A stretch of DNA of 53,928 nucleotides from Planctomyces sp. (GTDB lineage Bacteria; Planctomycetota; Planctomycetia; Planctomycetales; Planctomycetaceae). This document shows positions 8,676 to 17,520 of the stretch, piece by piece (the stretch's first letter is position 1; the number at the start of each line of letters is the position of its first letter). The DNA lies in the NCBI GenBank assembly GCA_043750195.1, contig JAYVCB010000163.1, positions 1-53,928 of the forward strand. Direction: 5' to 3'. A model generated the notes under the pieces. That model was not told the origin of the DNA, did not search any database, and saw nothing but the letters and a program-made list of their open reading frames with translations. The translations under genes were made by a program, and so were the position numbers.

Positions 8676-11039
8676 ATGACTGCCGTGCCTCTCTCACTCG
8701 GCCCAAGATTTCTCGTCACCGCAATGTCGGCAGTTCTGAGCCTGATGATCGTGGGTTGTGGCGAACCGGTGCGTCCCGATCGGACGATCGAGTTCTCTCG
8801 CGATGGAAAGCAGGTCGCATTCCAACACGATCAAGAAGGAATCTTTGTTGCCGATCCTCACGGCGGTCCGGCCACGAAGATTTTTCAGCCGGATGAAACC
8901 GTCCTGGCCACCAGCCGTCCGCTGACCAGTCCCACTGACGGACGGTTGCTGTTTGCCACCGCACAACCGCTCGACGAAACCGAGCCGCGTCTCGCGCTTC
9001 CGGCCGGCCCGACACCGGCTGAAGGGCAGATCGTCGGTCGGATTCCGGTGCGCTTCATATGCTGGTTGCGCGAAGAACCGCAGGCCGATCATCCGGCCGA
9101 GGTGAGGAAACTCTTCAACGCGAAATGTGGGCATGTCGGCTATGTGTCAGCGGGGCTTGCGGTGCGCTGGCATCCGGACGGGAAGCATGTGCTATTCGTG
9201 GCCGCACTGGAGGACCGCCCCGATCAACACTCGATCTTTGAATTCAATTTGGAGTCCGAACAAACGCGGCGAATCTTTCCTCACTCTGGGCGCGCCATCC
9301 TGTGCGATTGGACTCCGAGCGGCTCCGCATTGGTCTGCGTGGTGGGAAACGGAGTGAATCAAAACCAGTCCTCACCCGCAGCGCCGGACGGCATCTGGAT
9401 CGGATCGCCAGACAAGAAAGATTCGTGGTGGCATGTGCCAGAGTCCGAGCAGTTGTCGTCCGGCGAACTGCCGTCGATGATCGAGTCGTTGCGAGCCAGT
9501 CGCCCGGCATGGACGAGAGATGACTCGCGGTTCGCATTCGTGTCACGCATGCCGAGCGATCCGTCGGAAACGACAATCAAACATCGGCTGCATCAGGTGG
9601 AATTCGCCAGCCGCACGATCAGCACGGTGGCTGAGTCGGACGGATTGTTCGCCGATCTGCACTGGTCTCCCGACGGCCGGCGATTGGGATTTCTCACACA
9701 GCCATCGAACGCCTCCGCGTCGCTCCGAATTCTCGAACCGACCGGAACAATTTCGGACGTGGCCGCGAGCCAACCGATCCGCAAATTTGCTGGGTTCGAT
9801 GCGACTGGCCGAAAGCTCGCTTACGTTGCGGTCAGTCCAATGAGTCCTCCATTGGAGTCGCCGGGGTGGGCGTTGCTGCTGAAGCCCGATCCGTTGTCGC
9901 TCGACAGCGTGTGGATCGCCGATGCCGATCTGGCCAATGCGAGCCGAGAAGTTTTCTCCGGTATGAGAGTGACCTTTCCCCTCTGGTCGCCCACCGAGGA
10001 TCGGCTCTCACTCTGGCTGACCTTCTCTCCGCGTTATCGCTCGCTGCTGTCGATGCTTCGCCAGTGGGGCCTGTGGCCGGGAGATCCCGCCGCGACCATC
10101 GACATCGGAACGGGAGAGGTTTCGTGGCTGGCCGTCTCACCGCAGGAAGAATTGCAGATCGGCCACTTTCATTTGCTGAAACGCAATCACGCGGAGGCTT
10201 GGCGTTGGTACGAGCAAGCTCGCCAGAAACTGCCGACAGCGCAATCGCCTCAGAACTGGATGGAGTTCACACAGCGGGTCGGCGCTCCGGAGAACTCGCA
10301 ACTCTTCGAGTTCCTCTGCCTCAAACGGTTGGGCCGCGACGACGAAGCAACAGAGAAGTTTTTGGAGTTCGAGCAGAGCTTCTTTCCATCCGCCGATTCA
10401 ACCCCAGAAGCTCAAACGCTGGATGCGACCGACGTCATGTTCGGTGCGATGGGACCGCAAGCCGAATTGCTCAAACATTTGATCCACGACTTGTACGTGG
10501 CCGAAGTCTTTCTGAGCGTCGATGCCCTGGACGATGCGCTGACGTATTTCCGTGCCGAGCCGCAACGCCCCGCCAGCGACGACGAGACGTTGAGTCGAGC
10601 GATTGTCCTCGCCCAACTTCTGCTGATCGCTCGCGACGCCGACGGTTATCTCAAGCACGCCACAAACGTCATCAGGCCGCTCGCTCTGCGGATGTGGAAG
10701 AAGCCCGCCGGCCAGCCGGAGAATGCCAACTTCGTGTTGCAGACAGCGACCGGGTTGTGTCTCGCTCCGTTATTCCGTTCGGATTTTCTGAGCCGCGTGT
10801 CGGACGCCGCGCTGCAAGAGAACATTCTTCTCTGGAAGGAAGAGCGAGGCCGTCTGGAAAGCGGTCTTCCAGCCGTTGCGGTTGATCTGATGCTGCGTGC
10901 CGCGGCGTTGAAACGGAACGACTTGGCCGAAGTGCAGGCTGCCGAAGAACGGATCGCTCACAACTCCGCCGGACGCGATCTGTTCGTCGGCAAGTCCATC
11001 GACGACGGGCTGGCCGGTTGGTTTGGCTTATTGCCTTAG
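8676..11039 (+). CDS. Lipoprotein with PD40/TolB-like beta-propeller repeats and a helical C-terminal half
   Basis: ORF 8475..11039 trimmed to ATG 8676. Signal peptide with lipobox LMIVGC. Repeats SRDGKQVAF, HPDGKHVLF, SPDGRRLGF and ATGRKLAY. The stop TAG (11037-11039) lies inside the terminus of the MITE-like element. Confidence 0.7.
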   Translation: MTAVPLSLGPRFLVTAMSAVLSLMIVGCGEPVRPDRTIEFSRDGKQVAFQHDQEGIFVADPHGGPATKIFQPDETVLATSRPLTSPTDGRLLFATAQPLDETEPRLALPAGPTPAEGQIVGRIPVRFICWLREEPQADHPAEVRKLFNAKCGHVGYVSAGLAVRWHPDGKHVLFVAALEDRPDQHSIFEFNLESEQTRRIFPHSGRAILCDWTPSGSALVCVVGNGVNQNQSSPAAPDGIWIGSPDKKDSWWHVPESEQLSSGELPSMIESLRASRPAWTRDDSRFAFVSRMPSDPSETTIKHRLHQVEFASRTISTVAESDGLFADLHWSPDGRRLGFLTQPSNASASLRILEPTGTISDVAASQPIRKFAGFDATGRKLAYVAVSPMSPPLESPGWALLLKPDPLSLDSVWIADADLANASREVFSGMRVTFPLWSPTEDRLSLWLTFSPRYRSLLSMLRQWGLWPGDPAATIDIGTGEVSWLAVSPQEELQIGHFHLLKRNHAEAWRWYEQARQKLPTAQSPQNWMEFTQRVGAPENSQLFEFLCLKRLGRDDEATEKFLEFEQSFFPSADSTPEAQTLDATDVMFGAMGPQAELLKHLIHDLYVAEVFLSVDALDDALTYFRAEPQRPASDDETLSRAIVLAQLLLIARDADGYLKHATNVIRPLALRMWKKPAGQPENANFVLQTATGLCLAPLFRSDFLSRVSDAALQENILLWKEERGRLESGLPAVAVDLMLRAAALKRNDLAEVQAAEERIAHNSAGRDLFVGKSIDDGLAGWFGLLP

Positions 11040-11154
11040 AGCGTCTAACGAAGAGAAATCTCAGTCGCAGGAGCGACTGAGCTACGTAGGCGAGTCGCTC
11101 CTGCGACTCGCATTCAGACGCCCGTCTCTGATTCATTCTGTAAGAGGCTCTTAG
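11035..11154 (-). mobile_element. 120-nt MITE-like palindromic element, copy 1 (inverted relative to copies 2 and 3)
   Basis: Termini are cttagagcgtctaacgaagaga / tcattctgtaagaggctcttag. The core is tcagtcgcaggagcgactgagCTACGTAGgcgagtcgctcctgcgactcg, two head-to-head GTAG hairpins. It aligns along its length with 19877-19996 and 36145-36264 and fills the whole gap between two convergent genes. Confidence 0.8.
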
Positions 11155-12065
11155 AATTCACCCACCGGTTCGTTCCCACCGCGAGTCGACAGTCTCTTAT
11201 AGACGTTCTGGTCGATGTTCGATGTGATGAGCTTCACATGGCCGTCCGCCATCACGAAGAACGAACCGGTCGCGTGGGAACTGCTGAAGTCATCGAAGTG
11301 AGCCGCGGGGCTGTTGGGGACATGGTCGGTCACTCCCAACACACGCTGAAAGCTTTCGTCGCCGCCCGCGACGACTCCCGCCCAAGTCGAATGCCAGTCC
11401 AAGTCGGCGCGCGTCTTTCGCTCACCAACCATCAGTGTCGAACTGGTGCCGTCCCTGATGTCGGCAAGGCGAATCCTCTGGTTGTGCATCAGCACTCCGT
11501 CCCCTTGGCACGTCATTCCGGGCGTGAAGCTCAAGCAAGCATCCAGATCATTAGTGCCAAAGTTGCCGACGTAATTCGCCGTCGCCAGCGTTGCCAAAGT
11601 TGTTCCCATCGCGTTCTTCAAAGCCCAAATCTCCGTCGAGGAATCCGACGGGCACCGAAAGACTGGCACAGCACGCACGATGTTGGCGGTGTTGGCTGCG
11701 TTAGAGACCGACAGTTTGAAATTGATCGCGTGATACAGCGCCGGCTGCTCAATGCGATGTAGCAGTTTGCTGGCCCAGCCCCAGCCGTTGAGGCCGTTGA
11801 CATCCGGTTGATTGGCGGTGACTCCAATCCAACCCTGTGGGAAGGTTTGATTGGTGTCGTGGTAGTTGTGCAGTGCCAGGCCAATCTGCTTGAGATTGTT
11901 TTGGCATTGTGACCGCCGCGCCGCTTCACGAGCTTGCTGCACGGCCGGCAACAGCAACGCGATCAAGACCGCGACAATGGCGATGACAACCAGCAATTCA
12001 ATCAACGTGAAGCCACGACGCAGTTGGAGGGCAGGGCGGGGACTTAATAGCCAATGAAATGACAT
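11151..12065 (-). CDS. DUF1559 protein with prepilin-type N-terminal methylation motif and H-X9-DG motif
   Basis: [38 protein letters not shown] at the N-terminus and [12 protein letters not shown] near the C-terminus. Confidence 0.9.
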   Translation of the reverse strand: MSFHWLLSPRPALQLRRGFTLIELLVVIAIVAVLIALLLPAVQQAREAARRSQCQNNLKQIGLALHNYHDTNQTFPQGWIGVTANQPDVNGLNGWGWASKLLHRIEQPALYHAINFKLSVSNAANTANIVRAVPVFRCPSDSSTEIWALKNAMGTTLATLATANYVGNFGTNDLDACLSFTPGMTCQGDGVLMHNQRIRLADIRDGTSSTLMVGERKTRADLDWHSTWAGVVAGGDESFQRVLGVTDHVPNSPAAHFDDFSSSHATGSFFVMADGHVKLITSNIDQNVYKRLSTRGGNEPVGEF

Positions 12066-12164
12066 CTAAAAAACTCCTTGCGCAGGAACGCTACGGCCAC
12101 GAAGTGCCGCAGCGAAAAAGAATGAAAGCCTGAGCGGGCGGGCAGAGAGGCCACGTCAACTCGT

Positions 12165-12245
12165 GTAGGTCAGCCTTTCCAGGCTGACCCGATCAACGAC
12201 CGGCGTGATTTGGCGCAATCGGGTCAGGCTGGAAAGCCTGACCTA
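12165..12245. repeat. GTAG-headed REPIN-like doublet (ggtcagcctttccaggctgacc type)
   Basis: gtaggtcagcctttccaggctgacccgat (12165-12193) pairs with atcgggtcaggctggaaagcctgaccta (12218-12245). Each arm is itself a hairpin. It overlaps the last codons and stop of the His-rich ORF. Confidence 0.9.
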
Positions 12246-12661
12246 GCAATTGCGGCGCAAGGCGGGCCGCGAGCAGGCGGCAGATCAAAGTCCGTAACGA
12301 CTGCGAAAACTCGCGGAGTCGTCGGTCGGAATTCCAGCACCACGTCGAGCAATGGCAACTCAACGACGCTGGGCGGCAGCGGGTGTTCCAGCAGGAAATG
12401 GCACAAGGAACAATCGTCGTGCGAATGCGACGGCGTTGGCTGTTGGTGCGGCGTTTCGGGCTGTGAGATCGGCTCAGCGTGATGATGGTGATTCTTGCAG
12501 CCAGCGTGCTGATGCTTGACGGGTTTCTTGCTCTCTGAGCATTTCTCGTGAGCGTGTCCCGGCGCATGCTCGTGCGTGTGGACGATGGCAGCGGTAGACG
12601 AGACCAGCAGCGAACTCGCTGCCAGCCAAGCCACCAAGCATCGTCCCAACCGGTTGAACAC
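12224..12661 (-). CDS. Secreted histidine-rich protein of unknown function
   Basis: 145 aa. GTG 12661 is preceded by ggaga. Signal-like CLVAWLAASSLLVSSTAA is followed by HTHEHAPGHAHEKC...HQHAGCKNHHHHAE...SHSHDDCSLCHF. The C-terminal codons are supplied by the repeat at 12218-12245. Confidence 0.55.
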   Translation of the reverse strand: MFNRLGRCLVAWLAASSLLVSSTAAIVHTHEHAPGHAHEKCSESKKPVKHQHAGCKNHHHHAEPISQPETPHQQPTPSHSHDDCSLCHFLLEHPLPPSVVELPLLDVVLEFRPTTPRVFAVVTDFDLPPARGPPCAAIARSGFPA

Positions 12662-12675
12662 GTTTCATTCTCCGT

Positions 12676-12750
12676 GGGGCAGGTTTTCAACCTGCCCGTC
12701 ACTCTTCCATCAAGCGAGTCTTTGTACTCGGCAGGTTGAAAACCTGCCCC
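12676..12750. repeat. REPIN-like doublet (ggcaggttttcaacctgcc type)
   Basis: ggggcaggttttcaacctgcccg (12676-12698) pairs with cggcaggttgaaaacctgcccc (12729-12750). Each arm is self-complementary (caggtt..aacctg). It lies in the divergent intergenic region between the His-rich gene and the Nramp-like gene. Confidence 0.9.
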
Positions 12751-12948
12751 ACGTTCATGGCCCCCTACGCAACGAGGCGGGATTCTGCTGGTTGACTTCC
12801 CGTCGATCAAGACCGTTCCTGGCTTTTGCAGAATCTTCACGCTCGCGATAGGGTGAGCGACACTTCTGGTTTTGAATCAATACCCTTCGAGTCCGCAGGC
12901 TGTGACTGACTCGCCCCAAACTCCAACTCTTCAGGAACGGTCTTAGAA

Positions 12949-14517
12949 ATGAATGACCAATCCAGTTCTGCTTCCGAGTCAAACCGGAGCGGCCAACTGC
13001 CACCGTGGGAGGTCGCTGAACTCCCGGAGCCGCTCCCGTTCTCGATCCGCAACGCATTCAAGATCATCGGCCCCGGTGCCATCCTGTTGGCGGCGTCGAT
13101 TGGTGGCGGCGAGTGGCTGATCGGACCGGCGATCACGATCCAGCACGGCCCCGGAGTTCTGTGGATCGCGACCGTCGCCATCGTGCTGCAATTGATCTTC
13201 AACCTCGAAGGCATTCGCTACACGCTTTACACGGGTGAGCCGGCGATCTCCGGCATCATGCGACTGAAACCCGGCTGCCGCTTTTGGGGGGGCGCGTATG
13301 TGTTGCTCACGGCGATGCAGCTCGGAGTTCCCGCGCTCGCGCCGGCCACGGCGGTGACGGTGTTCGGCATGATGATGGACCGTGTGCCGGTGGAGGCTCC
13401 CGAAGAGAAGGAACTCCGAGACGCCGAGAAGTCCGGTGATGTCACGGCGTCCTCGGCGCTGCAACAGCAACGCGAGCGGGCGGCCTCGGATCGCGGCAAG
13501 CTTCTTAAGATCACCTACGGAATCATCATCGTTACGCTGCTGATGCTGATGTTCGGCGGGACCATCGAGCGGATGCTGGAATGGTCGTCGTGGTTCATGA
13601 TCGCTTACATCTTCATCTTCTTGATCGCCGTTAATGTCTGGTTTGTGCCGGCTGAGCAGTGGTTGATCACGCTGCGCGGTTTCGTCAGTTTTGGCGAGTG
13701 GCCGCAAGGGGTCGAGCCGTTGCTGATGGCGACGTTCTTCGCGACGGCTGGGTCCGGAGGCATCGGCAACCTGACGATCTCGAATTGGATCCGCGACAAA
13801 GGCTTCGGCATGGGAGCGGTGGTCGGCGCGATTCCCAGCGCGGTCGGAGCGAAAGAGATCCGGCTGTCGCACGTCGGCAAGGTGTTCGCCATCACGTTGG
13901 ACAACATGCGGCGCTGGCGAATCTGGTGGCGGTATGTCGTGATCGATCAGGTTTGGGTGTGGGCACTCGGTTGTTTCTGCGGCATGTTCCTGAACGTGAA
14001 CCTCGCCCAAGCCATCATCAAGCCCGGCACGGACCTCTCGAAGATCGGAGCCGGCGCTTTTCAGGCTCAATACATGGCCGAGCACTTCTGGTCGGCATTG
14101 TGGATCCTGGGATTGCTCAACGGCTTTTGGATTCTGTTCTCGACGCAGTTGGGCAACACCGACGTCTTGATCCGCACGCTGACCGACACGCTGTGGACCG
14201 CCAGCTCGCGAGTCCGCTCCTGGCGCGATGGCTCGATTGCGAAGGTTTATTACTCGCTGCTGTTCGTGTTCACGGCCTGGGGATTGGTCGCGGTGCATCT
14301 GGGGAGCGCGATGACGCTCTTCAAGTACCTCGGCACGATGGCGGGCGTGGTCATGGCGATTGCCGGCGTGCAGCTTTATCTGGTCAACACGCGGCTGTTG
14401 CCTCGCGAACTGCAACCGAGTTGGTGGCGGAAAGCGGCGCTGCTGATCTGCTCGGCGGCCTATGGCACGATGTCGTTGATCGCGATTACGGATGTCGTGC
14501 GAAAGTGGTTCGCGTAG
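12949..14517 (+). CDS. Nramp-related polytopic membrane transporter (probable divalent metal transporter)
   Basis: 522 aa with about 11-12 hydrophobic segments. N-terminal FKIIGPGAILLAASIGGGEWLIGP resembles Nramp/MntH-related families. Substrate is not established. Confidence 0.7.
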   Translation: MNDQSSSASESNRSGQLPPWEVAELPEPLPFSIRNAFKIIGPGAILLAASIGGGEWLIGPAITIQHGPGVLWIATVAIVLQLIFNLEGIRYTLYTGEPAISGIMRLKPGCRFWGGAYVLLTAMQLGVPALAPATAVTVFGMMMDRVPVEAPEEKELRDAEKSGDVTASSALQQQRERAASDRGKLLKITYGIIIVTLLMLMFGGTIERMLEWSSWFMIAYIFIFLIAVNVWFVPAEQWLITLRGFVSFGEWPQGVEPLLMATFFATAGSGGIGNLTISNWIRDKGFGMGAVVGAIPSAVGAKEIRLSHVGKVFAITLDNMRRWRIWWRYVVIDQVWVWALGCFCGMFLNVNLAQAIIKPGTDLSKIGAGAFQAQYMAEHFWSALWILGLLNGFWILFSTQLGNTDVLIRTLTDTLWTASSRVRSWRDGSIAKVYYSLLFVFTAWGLVAVHLGSAMTLFKYLGTMAGVVMAIAGVQLYLVNTRLLPRELQPSWWRKAALLICSAAYGTMSLIAITDVVRKWFA

Positions 14518-14553
14518 TGCCGAATGGCGGTGAAGCCGCAGATATGTCGCCGT

Positions 14554-14632
14554 CATCGCTCCGCGTGACGAGCCGAACGCTTCACCGACGCGATTTGGCC
14601 ATTCGGCTCATCACGCGGAGCGATGATGGCTA
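14554..14632. repeat. REPIN-like doublet, family CGCTCCGCGTGAyGAGCCGAA (intergenic sibling of the intragenic copy at 32761)
   Basis: catcgctccgcgtgacgagccgaa (14554-14577) pairs with ttcggctcatcacgcggagcgatg (14602-14625). The right arm continues into atggCTAC. The TAG stop of the minus-strand hydrolase gene (14630-14632) is the TAG of that GTAG head. Confidence 0.9.
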
Positions 14633-15604
14633 CGTTGACGCCGGCAGCACCCAATCGCGCAACTGCGTCTGCAACCAATCGCCGTTGCCGGTCGCGAGGT
14701 AGCCGAGATGCCCGCCTCCCTCGGCGATGTGCAGCCGCACGTTGGCCGGTGGAGAGAGACGCTCGAAGGACGTGATCGGGATCAGCGGGTCGTTGCGTGA
14801 GGTCAGGATCAGCGTCGGGACTCGGATCGCGGGAATGAATTGCTCGGAGCTGCACCGCTGGTAGTAATCGTCCGCATTGCGATAGCCGGAACGCGGAGCG
14901 GTGTATTGGTCATCGAACTCGACGAGTCGGCGTGGTGTCCGAGCAAACGAGGGGGGCAAAAAGTCGATTCGTTGCCGCTGAAGCTCACGCAAGCGTTGCA
15001 ACAACTGCCGCACGAAGTAGGCGTCGTAATGCCGCTGCGGCCAGCGCGACAGGCCGTAGGTGCAACTTGCCAAATCAATCGGCGGATTGATCGCTGCTGC
15101 TCGAACGAGTTCCAAGGGGACTCGTTCAGGAGCCTCACCCAGCAATTTCAAAACGATGTTGCCGCCTAAAGAAAATCCGAACAACGAGACCGGTGAATTG
15201 GGACACCACTCGATCACCGCCCGCAACACCGCGAGCACATCGTCCGAGCAGCCTGCGTTATACGGCTTCAGTGCCAATCCGAAACCGGCTCCGCAGCCGC
15301 GCAGGTCCAATCGAAACGTGCGGACGCCGTGCTCGTTGAGCATTGCCGACATGCGGACCAAGTAGGAACTGCGATGACATCCGGCGAGTCCGTGCAGCAT
15401 CACGACGACCGGGCCTGCATTCGGCCAGTCCCGTGGGGAGTCGTCGTGAACGACCAGCGTGTCGCCGTCAGTCAAAGGGATATGGCGAATCACGGCACGT
15501 TCGTCGGGCAAGCGGCCGGGGAAGAATGCTCCGGCGAGCGTTTGGCGATGACCTCCCGCCAAGGCCCAGTGAGATCGGAATGGTGGAATTGTGATCGTCG
15601 GCAT
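14630..15604 (-). CDS. Alpha/beta-fold hydrolase (YheT/ABHD-like)
   Basis: ORF 14630..16366 trimmed to ATG 15604 (MPTITIPPF...). Contains MLHGLAG and the nucleophile elbow GFSLGGN; 324 aa. Confidence 0.85.
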   Translation of the reverse strand: MPTITIPPFRSHWALAGGHRQTLAGAFFPGRLPDERAVIRHIPLTDGDTLVVHDDSPRDWPNAGPVVVMLHGLAGCHRSSYLVRMSAMLNEHGVRTFRLDLRGCGAGFGLALKPYNAGCSDDVLAVLRAVIEWCPNSPVSLFGFSLGGNIVLKLLGEAPERVPLELVRAAAINPPIDLASCTYGLSRWPQRHYDAYFVRQLLQRLRELQRQRIDFLPPSFARTPRRLVEFDDQYTAPRSGYRNADDYYQRCSSEQFIPAIRVPTLILTSRNDPLIPITSFERLSPPANVRLHIAEGGGHLGYLATGNGDWLQTQLRDWVLPAST

Positions 15605-15686
15605 AGGGGTGGTATTCGAGCGAGTCGGTGTTATTCGTGCCACGCGGCTGACCAATGTTTCAACTTGAGAAAAGCGCGCTGATATG

Positions 15687-15746
15687 CAGCACGACGCGTG
15701 AGCGAGTGGTTGCTCGATAACAACCACTCGCTCACGCGTCGTGCTG
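15687..15746. repeat. Perfect 26-bp hairpin in a divergent intergenic region
   Basis: cagcacgacgcgtgagcgagtggttg (15687-15712) pairs with caaccactcgctcacgcgtcgtgctg (15721-15746); 8-nt loop. Confidence 0.9.
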
Positions 15747-15820
15747 GTGTCGCACGCTCGTCTTCCGATAGAGTCCCGCGCCGCTGATGGAGCGGCGAAT
15801 TGATCTGTTGAGGAGCAACG

Positions 15821-17449
15821 ATGCGTGCGACGAAGGTGTTGTTCTGGCTGGCTCAGTTGGCGGGCGTGGCGGCGACGATCTGGTTGTTGTGGGGATCGGA
15901 TCTGCCACTGGGTGTTCCCAACGAATGGACTTGGGATCGCATTCAGTTCGATGACGCGACCTTCAAAGAGACCGCGTTGGGTTGGGGCATCGCGGCTCTG
16001 GCGACCGTCGGTTATTTGCTGTTTTGCTTGTTCGCCGACCGCCGTGTGCTGGAAGCAAATCGCTGGGAGATGACCGGTTGGCTGGCGGCGCTGGTGATCG
16101 GCGGCGCGACTTGGCACGGCATCGTTCAGGAGTGTCCGCCGGAGCCGCATCGGCTGAACAAGGTCGGCTGGGTGCTGTGGTATCACGGCTTTCAAGGCTA
16201 CTACGAAGAAGCGAAAGGCCGCGCGAGCCAAGAGCCGGACTACCTCGCGAAGTATGCCGAGCGGATGCGCGAAGGAGACGTCTTGCACTTCGGCACGCAT
16301 CCGCCCGGATTCATTCTGTTGCACAAGTCGATCATCAGGTTCTTGACCCGCTTCCCGAAGTTGCAACCGATGCTGTTGGAGTATCAGCCGGACTCGGTGC
16401 GCGAAGGGATTCAGATCATCGCCGTGAACTCGGCGAGAACGACGATGCCACTGACGGACGTGGACCGAGCAGCGTTGTGGCTGTCTGGATTGCTGGCCGC
16501 GCTGGCGGCGATGAGCACGGTCGTGCCGCTATTTTTTCTCGCGCGTCAGGCCTGCGGACGCGAGGTGGCGTGGCGAGCGGTCTGCCTGTGGCCGTTGATC
16601 CCTGCCTTAGCAGTGTTTCATCCAGTCTCGGATTTATGGCTGCCGTTCTTCGCGACATCGTTCCTCGCAGTCTGGGGGCGAGCATGGTCTCAACGGTCCA
16701 TCGCGGCCGGATTGCTCGCCGGTCTGGTGATGTTTCTGGGGATGACGTTGAGCCTCGCGATGTTGCCGATCGCATTTCTCGCCGCGCTGTGGACGCTGGC
16801 CGATTGCGCGTTCGGTGAAGCCATCGAGCCGTTTGGCACTCGCGTGAAAGAATTGGCGCAGTGCGTCGCGGCCGCGTTGACGACGTTCGCCATTTTTGTC
16901 GGGCTGACGTGGTGGCTGTACTCGCTCGACCTGCCGAGCGTGTGGATGCAGAACTTTCACAATCACGCCGGCTTCTACGCGAAGTATCCGCGCACGTTTT
17001 CGTCCTGGCTGCTAGTCAATCCCATCGAGTTGGCACTAGCGGCTGGCACGCCGATCTTTCTCATTGCCGCTTTGAGTTGGCTGACCAGCACGAAAGGTTG
17101 TCTGCGCTCCGGCCGCTCTTTGGCGAGCTTTCGGTTGTGGTGTTTCGTGACGCTGGCCGTGTTGTGGCTGAGCGGCAAGAACTCCGGCGAGGCGGCTCGG
17201 CTGTGGATCTTCTTGATGCCGTGGCTGCTGTGGGTCTCCAGCCGCGAGCCGGAAATCACCGCCAAGATCGTCAACGGCCCCGGCCAAACGCTCCCCGAAT
17301 ACACTGGCACACCCGCGCGCGGCTGGTTGCTGCTGATGGTTCTGCAAGCGATCGTCTGCACGGCGACGGTCAGCCGAGTGGATGGGTTTCACTTCAAGAC
17401 GACCGTGCCGGTGCCAGCCGTGACCGATCAACCGTCGGGCGAAAAGTAA
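15821..17449 (+). CDS. Polytopic membrane protein, possibly a GT-C-type (ArnT/PMT-like) glycosyltransferase
   Basis: 542 aa with at least 10 TM segments and a loop containing HFGTHPPGFILL. The functional assignment is weak. Confidence 0.5.
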   Translation: MRATKVLFWLAQLAGVAATIWLLWGSDLPLGVPNEWTWDRIQFDDATFKETALGWGIAALATVGYLLFCLFADRRVLEANRWEMTGWLAALVIGGATWHGIVQECPPEPHRLNKVGWVLWYHGFQGYYEEAKGRASQEPDYLAKYAERMREGDVLHFGTHPPGFILLHKSIIRFLTRFPKLQPMLLEYQPDSVREGIQIIAVNSARTTMPLTDVDRAALWLSGLLAALAAMSTVVPLFFLARQACGREVAWRAVCLWPLIPALAVFHPVSDLWLPFFATSFLAVWGRAWSQRSIAAGLLAGLVMFLGMTLSLAMLPIAFLAALWTLADCAFGEAIEPFGTRVKELAQCVAAALTTFAIFVGLTWWLYSLDLPSVWMQNFHNHAGFYAKYPRTFSSWLLVNPIELALAAGTPIFLIAALSWLTSTKGCLRSGRSLASFRLWCFVTLAVLWLSGKNSGEAARLWIFLMPWLLWVSSREPEITAKIVNGPGQTLPEYTGTPARGWLLLMVLQAIVCTATVSRVDGFHFKTTVPVPAVTDQPSGEK

Positions 17450-17451
17450 TC

Positions 17452-17513
17452 TCACGCGAAGGCGCGGAGCCGCGAAGAAGACTGATCCTTCGCGGCTCCG
17501 CGCCTTCGCGTGA
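17452..17513. repeat. Perfect 26-bp hairpin between convergent genes (probable bidirectional terminator/REP)
   Basis: tcacgcgaaggcgcggagccgcgaag (17452-17477) pairs with cttcgcggctccgcgccttcgcgtga (17488-17513); 10-nt loop. Confidence 0.9.
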
Positions 17514-17520
17514 CACCTCG

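Noticed and set aside
10672-11136. ORFs containing ECESRERLAYVAQSLLRLRF-like peptides (10672-11136, 19712-20158, and within 34945-36327)
   Set aside because: The shared peptide is simply the translation of the 120-nt MITE-like repeat. The ORFs differ outside it and overlap real genes.
12751-12948. Possible Mn (yybP-ykoY) riboswitch in the leader of the Nramp-like gene
   Set aside because: I could find no match to the conserved GGGGAGUAG / UUGAGACC-type elements. The 5' region offers only generic sequence.
12979-14556. 525-aa minus-strand ORF exactly covering the Nramp-like gene
   Set aside because: The product is Arg/Gln/Pro/His-rich low-complexity sequence with no recognisable motifs. The plus-strand product is a coherent polytopic membrane protein. 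This is a typical antisense shadow ORF of a GC-rich gene.
15605-16366. Long N-terminal extensions of ORF-track calls: 14630-16366, 40638-42596, 50267-51772, 49848-50858, 48914-49507 and 8475-11039
   Set aside because: In each case homology or a signal peptide begins at an internal ATG. The upstream part is low-complexity, runs through palindromic repeats, or overlaps a neighbouring gene. Coordinates were trimmed accordingly.
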